DNA from: Desulfobacterales bacterium
GTDB lineage: Bacteria > Desulfobacterota > Desulfobacteria > Desulfobacterales > C00003060
Direction: 5' to 3'
Assembly: GCA_030616425.1 (NCBI GenBank)
Contig: JAUWXJ010000002.1
Coordinates: 1-38,991, forward strand
Length of the DNA: 38,991 nt
A model generated the notes under the pieces. It was not told the DNA's origin, searched no databases, and saw only the letters and a list, made by a program, of their open reading frames with translations. Within the stretch, counting starts at the first letter, position 1, and each line of letters opens with the position of its first letter. The position numbers and the translations under genes were made by a program. Shown one piece after another: positions 15,487 through 22,579 of the stretch.

Positions 15487-16743
15487 ATGGTCGTGGTTCA
15501 AAGAAACATATACCGGGCTTTTCTTCTATTTGCCTGCGCCTTCACAGGTTTCATATCGGTGACAAACTCGGCCTATGCCAAGGGTACGCAGGTCAGTGCA
15601 GAGAAATGTCTAAAATGCCACCCTGATCTGCGCCAGGAAATGGCATCCAGGGGTGCCCATGCGCCTTTTAAGAGACTTGAATGTTCAAGTTGCCATAATC
15701 CTCACACCTCAAATTACGAACACCTGGTCAAAGAGCAGATCAGCAAACTGTGCAAGAACTGTCACAAGGGCAAGAAGGGGGTTTTTGGCAAAAAGTACGG
15801 CCACTCCCCATTTGAGGAAGGGGCGTGCCTGAAGTGCCACAGGCCTCATTCTTCCAAGAACCGAAAACTGTTGCTCGCTGCAGGGGGAAAACTCTGCTTT
15901 ACCTGCCATGCCAAGAAAGAAATCCTTTCAAAGAAATACAAGCACGACCCGGTGAAGAAAGGCAAGTGCCTAACCTGCCACAGTCCCCACACGTCTGACC
16001 ATGAAAGGATGCTGAAAAGGGGTCTTTCACAAGCGTGCGTCTCGTGCCATTCAATTAAGAGTAAGGCAGCCAAAGCGTCGCACAGTCATTACCCGGTGCA
16101 GGACTCGAAATGCACATCCTGCCATAACCCCCATGCATCAAGCCACAGCAATTTGATCAAGGAAAGTTCTCATAAGCCATTTGCCGAGAGGAAATGTACT
16201 CAATGTCATAATTCTGTCCGGTCACGTGATCCCTTGGGTGTGAAAGGTGAAGGCATGTCAGTCTGTGTTGCTTGCCACCCGTCAACCAAGGAGGATTTCA
16301 GGAAGGTCAATACCCACGTAGGGCAAGGTGTTTTTTGCATAAACTGCCATAGCCCGCATGCCTCAGATGAAGCCCACATGAAAAAGGCAAAAGAGACAAG
16401 AATATGCACAAGCTGTCATCGGGATACAAAAGAGCATTTAAGAGACAAGAAGAATAAGTACAAGCACCCGTCGGTTATGGAAGGAAAGTGCAGCGAGTGT
16501 CATCGTCCCCATGGGTCTAACTTCAGGCTACTTTATCCCACTGATGAAATCGGCGCCTGCGCTGAATGCCACAAAAGACACGTCTCGTTCACCCATCCCA
16601 TAGGAAAAGATGCTATTGACCCTAGGTCCAAGGGGGAGATTACGTGTGTCACATGTCACAACCTGATGGGAAGCCGTCACGATTTTGCATTGAGATTTGA
16701 TCGGAAAAAGGAATTGTGTATTCAGTGCCATAAGGGGTACTAG
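15487..16743 (+). CDS. Multiheme c-type cytochrome with 16 CXXCH motifs
   Basis: I count 16 CXXCH motifs in 418 aa, with the same paired-module pattern (CSSCHNPHTS, CLKCHRPHSS, CLTCHSPHTS ...). The signal peptide ends SAYAKG. Confidence 0.9.
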   Translation: MVVVQRNIYRAFLLFACAFTGFISVTNSAYAKGTQVSAEKCLKCHPDLRQEMASRGAHAPFKRLECSSCHNPHTSNYEHLVKEQISKLCKNCHKGKKGVFGKKYGHSPFEEGACLKCHRPHSSKNRKLLLAAGGKLCFTCHAKKEILSKKYKHDPVKKGKCLTCHSPHTSDHERMLKRGLSQACVSCHSIKSKAAKASHSHYPVQDSKCTSCHNPHASSHSNLIKESSHKPFAERKCTQCHNSVRSRDPLGVKGEGMSVCVACHPSTKEDFRKVNTHVGQGVFCINCHSPHASDEAHMKKAKETRICTSCHRDTKEHLRDKKNKYKHPSVMEGKCSECHRPHGSNFRLLYPTDEIGACAECHKRHVSFTHPIGKDAIDPRSKGEITCVTCHNLMGSRHDFALRFDRKKELCIQCHKGY

Positions 16744-16767
16744 TTTGTCATTGGCATACCCATGTCG

Positions 16768-16912
16768 TCAAATGGTTGCGGTTACGCGGCTCGTTTAGCG
16801 CAAGCTTCACTTCGTGTCGGTGCTCGGTTTACGTCAAACGGCTTTAAAAGACGACTGAACCGATAGACGATAGCCGTAACGAGCAGCGCAACCGATAAAC
16901 GATAGCCGTTCT
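16768..16912. repeat. Structured intergenic repeat, family member A. It also contains an 18-bp direct repeat and long-range inverted complementarity.
   Basis: The core tcGTTTAGCGCaAGCTTCACTtCGTG at 16791-16816 matches 18087-18112 and, with an insertion, 30246-30296. ccgatagacgatagccgt (16860-16877) and ccgataaacgatagccgt (16892-16909) form a direct repeat. ggttgcg...gctcgtt (16774-16795) is partly complementary to ccgtaacgagcagcgcaacc (16874-16893). Confidence 0.6.
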
Positions 16913-16998
16913 TTCATAAACCTCAATTTGTGGCCGTGTTAAGTATATAAATACAAGATATGAGTGCGCAGAAAAATGACAGGTATATAGGGAGTATT

Positions 16999-17898
16999 AT
17001 GTCTAGAAAGATCAATTTCGTTATCCTGTTTTTGACCTTCTTCCTGATCATACCGGCAACCGCACTTTGCGCGGGAAAAGGGATTAAGCACCTTACATCG
17101 ATTACCAGAGACACGGAAACAGGCCGTTTGGGCCTGCTAGGCGGTGTCTTTTTTGATGAAAACAGGAATAGATTATATGTGACCGATACCACAAACAAAC
17201 GGATCCTCGCCTTTGATGTTGACATGAAGTTTGTGTCTGAATTCAATGCGGGCGGAGCCTTAGAGGCTCCAACCTTTCTGGTAAGAAACAGCAAAGGTCA
17301 GTTTTTTGTTGCTGAGCCAACAAAAGGTAACATTCTGTTTATTGATATTAGACAAAAGTCTGTTAAGCCAATCGATTTTTCAGGCGTTCCCAAGGCCAAC
17401 ATCATTTATCCCGGCAAGATGACCTTGGATTCGTCAGATAATCTATATATCGTTGATAAAGCCAACCAGAGGATTCTTATTTTTGATCCAGATCTACGGT
17501 TCGACAGGCAAGTCCTTGTCAAAGACGGCAAAGGCCTAAGCGATGTAAAGGTTGACTCAAGTGGTAATATTTATGCGTTAAATACAATAGGCGGATCTAT
17601 TAGCGTTTTTGACAGCCGGGGAAATCTCCTCCAAACATTTGGAAAAAAGGGCAAAGAAAAACAGGAATTCGATTTCCCCGTGAGCCTCGCCATACACCCA
17701 AAAGGGGTGATCTATGTGGTCGATCAACACAAGCATAAGGTCTTGGCCTTCAACAAAAAAGGCGAATTTCTGCTATACTTCTCAGAGTTAGGCTGGAGAG
17801 AAGGGCGCCTCCACTATCCCTCCTTTATCTGTGTAAACAAGGCTGGTAGGATCTTCATCGTCGACAGAGGGAACAGCCGCATCAGCGTTTTTGAATAA
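16999..17898 (+). CDS. Secreted NHL-repeat beta-propeller protein
   Basis: The ORF opens at 16960. The ATG at 16999 has an AGGGAG RBS and yields signal peptide MSRKINFVILFLTFFLIIPATALCAG. Six NHL-type blades are present (LYVTDTTNKRILAFD, FFVAEPTKGNILFID, LYIVDKANQRILIFD, IYALNTIGGSISVFD, IYVVDQHKHKVLAFN, IFIVDRGNSRISVFE). Confidence 0.8.
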   Translation: MSRKINFVILFLTFFLIIPATALCAGKGIKHLTSITRDTETGRLGLLGGVFFDENRNRLYVTDTTNKRILAFDVDMKFVSEFNAGGALEAPTFLVRNSKGQFFVAEPTKGNILFIDIRQKSVKPIDFSGVPKANIIYPGKMTLDSSDNLYIVDKANQRILIFDPDLRFDRQVLVKDGKGLSDVKVDSSGNIYALNTIGGSISVFDSRGNLLQTFGKKGKEKQEFDFPVSLAIHPKGVIYVVDQHKHKVLAFNKKGEFLLYFSELGWREGRLHYPSFICVNKAGRIFIVDRGNSRISVFE

Positions 17899-17965
17899 GA
17901 TCGGCTGATCTGTTCTGCCTCCTTTCCGTTGTGCAAACTGCTCGCAAGGCCATGCCATAGGCACA

Positions 17966-18188
17966 AGACCTTTGCATAACTCCTTTGATCGGCCTTTATG
18001 AACTTTTTGGGGCACCCATCCGGGCGAAGCGAACGGCCCACGCCAGTGGGCAAATTCCAAACTGTTTGAGGCGGCCCTTGGGCCGAGTTTAGCGCAGAGC
18101 TTCACTACGTGCTGGGATTTAGTGAGCAAGTCCGTGGATGGGTCAAAAAGTTCATACGAAAGGTAAAAAGGGGGTTATGCAAAGGTCT
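17966..18188. repeat. Element bounded by inverted repeats in the convergent intergenic region. It contains intergenic repeat family member B (about 18058-18178).
   Basis: agacctttgcataac (17966-17980) is the exact reverse complement of gttatgcaaaggtct (18174-18188). The interior aactgtttgaggcgg...ccGAGTTTAGCGCagAGCTTCACTACGTGCTgggaTTTAGtGAGc...tcaaaaag...cgaaagg...aaaggggg aligns with 30223-30358. Confidence 0.6.
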
Positions 18189-18205
18189 CGGCGCATCGTG
18201 GGCAC

Positions 18206-19213
18206 TTACATGACTTCTATGCCCTCAGGGGGGCAAACCAGGGCCACCTGTTCTCCTGTCAGGATCGGGGCCTGTTTGTACTCTTCTTGCCCAAGGAGGA
18301 CGCTGACAGGAATCCCGATATCTATAAGGGCTCTCACGTCGCCCCCTTCGTCAGTAAGCTGCATCACCCGGCCGACGAATCTGTGATCTCCAGCAGGGTT
18401 ATCCATGGCTGGAAAGACTTTGATCATCCTGGGATCGATCGATACTTTCACATATCCGCTTTTATCGGTCCTCACCGCAAGCCTTACCTTGTTATGAATC
18501 AAGCAATACGTATCCCCATCGACATCTGTCCTGATGAGTCCGCTGAAAATATTCTCATAAATGGATGAGGCAGGCTTTCCGTTAAAGAGAAAGATGATAC
18601 AATCAGAGAGCCTGGCCGCCTGTATCCTGTCGTGGGTAGTAAATATAACTGAAATCCCTTTTTGAATGTTGATATCCCTTAGTATGCCTTCAATGGCGAC
18701 CTGGTTTTCAATATCCACACTGGAGGTCGGCTCATCGAATTAAATCACCCTGGGAGAGCAGGCAAGGGCTCGGGCAATGGCTATTCTCTGAGTCTCTCCA
18801 CCTGAGAGCTTATGGGCGCTCGCATCAGCAAAATCACGCATTGCTACTAAATCAAGCACTTCCAGGATGATTCTTTTTCTGCGCTTTTTTGGAACCTTCC
18901 TGACTTTCAGCCCGAACTCCACATTCTTATACGCGCTTGTGGTAAACAGAATCGGCTGCTGTTCAACCATGACCACTTCCCTTCTCAGCTCTTGAAGAAG
19001 AGTCTCTGAGAAACCGACTTTTCTCGAGTCATAAACGATTTCGCCTGTGGTGGGCCGCAGCAAAAAACTCAGGGTTTCCAGCAGGGTTGTCTTGCCCGAC
19101 CCGTTTGGGCCGAGGAGGCCGCATACCTTCCCCTTTTCGAGACAAAGTTCTGAGATGTCCAGAACCTTGCGGTTTCCATAGATCTTGGTAAGATTCTTGA
19201 CCTCGAAAAGCAT
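18206..19213 (-). pseudogene. tupC: Tungstate/molybdate-type ABC transporter ATPase (TupC-like, with a C-terminal TOBE-like domain), interrupted by one in-frame TAA
   Basis: The two track ORFs (18740-19213 and 18206-18718) are in the same frame. Reading through gives ...[34 protein letters not shown].... The TAA at 18742-18740 replaces the hydrophobic residue of Walker B (hhhhDE) and is one base away from TTA (Leu). Walker A is GPNGSGKTT. Confidence 0.75.
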
Positions 19214-19908
19214 TAGACGCGGGTTCTCCCTTGTAAGTAATTGAAAAACAGATTCAGTGCAAAGCTTATGGACAGAAGGATCAAGCCTAAGGCTACAGCC
19301 AAAGCAAATTCTCCTTTATCGTACTCCAAAGCCATGGCTGTTGTCATGGTCCGGGTAAACCCCTTAGCGTTGCCACCCAGCATCATGCTGATCCCCACTT
19401 CCGCAATAACACGCCCAAAGGATGCGATGATTGCGGCCAAGATGCCAAACCTTGCCTCCCGAAAGATTACAACTGCTGTTTGCAATGTGGTGGCCCCCAA
19501 GGTCATGGCACTCTTTCTGTAACGGTCATCAATGCGGCTGATAGCCGCAATGGTAAAGGTAGTGACAATCGGAACTATGAGTATCACCTGCCCGATGACG
19601 ATCGCCTTTTGCGTGTAAAGAAGGTCTAGAGGGCCAAAGATCCCCCTCCTTGAAATAAATGCGTAGACAAACAGACCGATGGCGACTGTGGGAAGGGCCA
19701 GGAGGGTATTGAGGATGGTGATCGTGATTCTCTTGCCGGGAAACTCTCTAAAGGCTATTGCAAAACCAGCCGGGATGCCAATGAGGCTCGCGATCAGGGT
19801 TGAGGAAGAACTCACCTTCAAAGAGACCAGGACGATCGTACACAGCTCTGCATCTAAGGATTTCAAGAGCAGAATGGCCGAAACAAAACTGTCAAAAAGA
19901 AAGTCCAT
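19213..19908 (-). CDS. tupB: Tungstate ABC transporter permease (TupB-like)
   Basis: 231-aa, five- to six-helix BPD-type permease located between the binding-protein and ATPase genes. Its stop overlaps the tupC start (TAATG). Confidence 0.7.
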   Translation of the reverse strand: MDFLFDSFVSAILLLKSLDAELCTIVLVSLKVSSSSTLIASLIGIPAGFAIAFREFPGKRITITILNTLLALPTVAIGLFVYAFISRRGIFGPLDLLYTQKAIVIGQVILIVPIVTTFTIAAISRIDDRYRKSAMTLGATTLQTAVVIFREARFGILAAIIASFGRVIAEVGISMMLGGNAKGFTRTMTTAMALEYDKGEFALAVALGLILLSISFALNLFFNYLQGRTRV

Positions 19909-20030
19909 TGGGGTCAGTAGTCACTAGTCATTGGTCAATAACGGAGTCTAAGGTGTGATAATCCACCATATGGGGCAAGGAAAATCGCTGAACATAGGCA
20001 TCCAGCCATTTCCACACACACTAATTGTCA

Positions 20031-20954
20031 CTATTTTCCACCTGGGATTGCGTCGGGGTAAAAGAGCTGCTTTCCAAGGAGCTTATAATTGGCAATCAAG
20101 ACCTGGCCCCTTGGCGATACAAGCCACCTAGCAAATCGGTCTGCTAAGTCGAATTTCACGTGAGGGTATTTTCTGGGATTCACTGGAATCACACCATAGG
20201 GATTATGTAACATCTCATCACCTTCGCAAAGTATTTCCAGGTCCAGACCTTTCCTCCTGCCGAATTTGTACTTGATATATGTACCGCGATCCGAAAGTGT
20301 ATAAGCCCTTTTTTCATCTGCATAGGTTATCGTCTTGCCCATCCCTTGGCCAATGGAAAGATACCACTCCCCCAGCCCTATGGGGTTGTTGAAGGTGAGT
20401 TGGGTCTCTCTCCCCTTTTTTACCAAGGTCGTAGTCTCGGCAACCAACTGGAGCCCGGTAGCCCCCCAGAGCCCTTGCTCTTTGGTGTGGGTACCGCTGT
20501 CATCACCACGAGAGATGAATTTCGTCCCCGCTATAGCAATCTTTTTTAGGGCAGCGGCAGCATCCTCCATGCCCCTTATGCCAGCAGGATCACTCGACGG
20601 ACCGAGGATCACAAAATCATTGTGCATGACCGCATACCGCTTTGTCCCGTGGCCCTCGGCCACAAACTTTTCTTCCCGGGCTTTTGCATGAACGAATATC
20701 AGGTCCACATTTCCATCCATGCCGTCGTTGATGGCAGCACCGGTCCCTTTCGCGAATACCTTGACCTCTATCCCGGTATCGTTGGTGAATTCAGGAAGAA
20801 GCACATCCAGAAGGCCTGATGCCTGTGTGCTGGTCGTTGTAGAGACCTTGATCACTTTTTCTGCCCCAAGGCTAACAACAGGTATCACCACAACCCCCAA
20901 CACCCCACCCAGTAATGCAGCTATGAGCTTTCTCGTATTACCCGTGTCTTTCAA
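20031..20954 (-). CDS. tupA: Periplasmic tungstate-binding protein (TupA-like, PBP2 family)
   Basis: The motif VSTTTSTQASGLLDVLLPEF... is characteristic of the TupA family. The track ORF extends to 21113, but those 53 N-terminal codons lack a signal peptide. A TTG at 20954, with a GGAG about 11 nt upstream, gives MKDTGNTRKLIAALLGGVLGVVVIPVVSLGAEK, a plausible signal peptide. Confidence 0.7.
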   Translation of the reverse strand: MKDTGNTRKLIAALLGGVLGVVVIPVVSLGAEKVIKVSTTTSTQASGLLDVLLPEFTNDTGIEVKVFAKGTGAAINDGMDGNVDLIFVHAKAREEKFVAEGHGTKRYAVMHNDFVILGPSSDPAGIRGMEDAAAALKKIAIAGTKFISRGDDSGTHTKEQGLWGATGLQLVAETTTLVKKGRETQLTFNNPIGLGEWYLSIGQGMGKTITYADEKRAYTLSDRGTYIKYKFGRRKGLDLEILCEGDEMLHNPYGVIPVNPRKYPHVKFDLADRFARWLVSPRGQVLIANYKLLGKQLFYPDAIPGGK

Positions 20955-21080
20955 AAAAATTCTTTCTCCAAGAAAAGAGTTGTTCACAAAGGCAGACTGC
21001 GCATTGGTTCGTGCACACCCCCAACAATACCTCAGGGCCTGACTAGCAGCGCCTTCCGTAACCAGGCATGTCGATGTCGA

Positions 21081-21109
21081 CATATATGCCGAAGCGGACA
21101 TAATGTCAA
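21081..21109 (-). promoter_or_regulatory. Candidate sigma70-type promoter of the tup operon
   Basis: On the minus strand, TTGACA (21109-21104), a 17-nt spacer, then TATATG (21086-21081). This would leave a leader of about 125 nt before the TTG start. Recognised by eye only. Confidence 0.3.
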
Positions 21110-21156
21110 CCAAAAAAATTTTCTGTTCCGTTGTTTCATGTAATGTACATTGACCG

Positions 21157-21187
21157 CGAAATCAAAGCTATCCGAAATCAAAGCTAT
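21157..21187. promoter_or_regulatory. Tandem 15-nt perfect direct repeat upstream of the tup promoter (possible regulator binding site)
   Basis: CGAAATCAAAGCTAT occurs at 21157-21171 and again at 21173-21187, a period of 16 nt. An ATGTACAT palindrome lies at 21143-21150. Confidence 0.3.
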
Positions 21188-21340
21188 CATAGATTCTCAA
21201 TATGAAGTGCCCAAGGAAATCCTCACCAGGCACGGGAAGGTCCTGATGAAGGAGCTGCCCTTGTCCTAAAAGAAGAGAATGTTGAAGGAGGCCAACTCAA
21301 GAAGCTACTTGAAACCGATGACGGGGCTTGGCAATCTTCC

Positions 21341-22093
21341 TTATGCAGGAGGCACCCACCTTTTTCTTGAGGCGTCGTAGCACCAGCTATCCGGAAGAGC
21401 TGTTCTGGAATGGAATCTGGGATTTTCGGCCCAGCTGAGAAGTTGCGCATGGGCCTCATTGATCTCGATAAACTTGTTGCTCGAATCGCCTTTGTCGGGA
21501 TGAAACCGCTTTGCCTTGCTTCTATAAGCCGATTTAAGACACCGCATACCATCTTTGGACAGAATTTGATCCTTGGTCAGCTCAAGAAGCTTAAGCGCGT
21601 TCTTCTGTTTGTGGTTCAACTGTGGCGTCTTCTTTGAAATAGGGACGATTCTGCTCACAGGAATGTCTCTTCGCAATGCCTTGTCCAACAAATGTTGCGA
21701 TGCCCACCACCTTGAACCGGTTTCTCCCTCTCTCTTGTACCACTCGCGTCCTGCCTGCTTAATCATATCTAGAAGGTCTTCGGCCACTTTTTTATGTTCG
21801 CCCCTCTGCCAGACAAACCTCGATATAATATTTGCACCCACGGGGAGTATGTCTAGGATGAGGTTCTTTTCCGTGTAGGAAAATGCAGCATAACGTGCAC
21901 GCAAAGTCTGAACCAATCCTGTAGCGATATAAAGAGCAAACTCAAGCCTTGTTCTGCACTTGTCACTGCAGTAGCGCCGCCTTTGCTTTGGAAGCTCGCT
22001 TTCCCCGCAGGCAAGACAAAGCTTTTTTCCCTCATTTGCACACGCTACGGGTTGACACTGCTGTGATCTCATATGTGAACTGTCAACGGTCAC
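21341..22093 (-). CDS. Protein of unknown function with an N-terminal Cys-rich zinc-finger-like motif and a C-terminal J domain (HPD)
   Basis: The N-terminus has CQPVACANEGKKLCLACGESELPKQRRRYCSDKCR. The C-terminus has KSAYRSKAKRFHPDKGDSSNKFIEINEAHAQLL, which is J-domain helix II, the HPD loop and helix III. Confidence 0.6.
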   Translation of the reverse strand: MTVDSSHMRSQQCQPVACANEGKKLCLACGESELPKQRRRYCSDKCRTRLEFALYIATGLVQTLRARYAAFSYTEKNLILDILPVGANIISRFVWQRGEHKKVAEDLLDMIKQAGREWYKREGETGSRWWASQHLLDKALRRDIPVSRIVPISKKTPQLNHKQKNALKLLELTKDQILSKDGMRCLKSAYRSKAKRFHPDKGDSSNKFIEINEAHAQLLSWAENPRFHSRTALPDSWCYDASRKRWVPPA

Positions 22094-22111
22094 TGTGATA
22101 CTGCTTTAGGC

Positions 22112-22261
22112 TTATTTACAAACAAGTTGCATTGGGCTGGCCCATCCTGTCAAATCAAATCCCTGCAAGTATCTAATGCGGCGTGAGGCCAGTTTATAAA
22201 TCGGTTCTTTGCTGTACATAAACGGCCTTTCGTAAAGCATATTTATAAGCTCTTCCTTCAT
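22112..22261 (-). CDS. Small hypothetical protein (49 aa from the internal Met) immediately upstream of the J-domain gene
   Basis: The track ORF is 22112-22348. The Met at 22261 is preceded by AGGGGGG. Its stop lies 19 nt before the J-domain gene start. No recognisable motif. Confidence 0.3.
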   Translation of the reverse strand: MKEELINMLYERPFMYSKEPIYKLASRRIRYLQGFDLTGWASPMQLVCK

Positions 22262-22579
22262 GGTGGCCCCCCTGCTTTCAAGTGAACCAGCCGCATTGAG
22301 CCAGAGACGCATCATGGCGCGCAGATAGAGAGAACGAACGCCCCTCATCTACAAGAACCCTTTTTGTTGAGATCAATACAATTCGCATAGATATGTGTTG
22401 AAATTGTCTGGCTATGATATTAAACAAAAGAGTTTAATGAAGAAAAAAACCTCCACTGAACTGGAAGAAGCCCTAGTTTGCTTGTCCAGTGGAGGCCCTT
22501 TGAGCAAAGAAAACCGTAGCCGGCACCCCTTGCCTGCATTCCCATATATCAAGGCCATCCCAGTCGGTCAATAGTAAAC

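Noticed and set aside
13487-16731. Series of 60-123-aa minus-strand ORFs antisense to the two cytochrome genes
   Set aside because: These are shadow ORFs. The sense frames carry 26 and 16 regularly spaced CXXCH motifs, while the antisense products have no features.
17788-18386. Track ORFs in the NHL/tupC convergent gap and antisense to tupC
   Set aside because: They cover the inverted-repeat-bounded repeat element or lie opposite the ABC ATPase. They have no start context or motifs.
20955-21113. 53-codon N-terminal extension of the tupA ORF (ATG at 21113)
   Set aside because: The extension has no signal peptide and is Cys/Ala-rich and atypical. It would begin upstream of the best promoter candidate. 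A TTG at 20954 gives a normal signal peptide. The start remains uncertain without experimental data.
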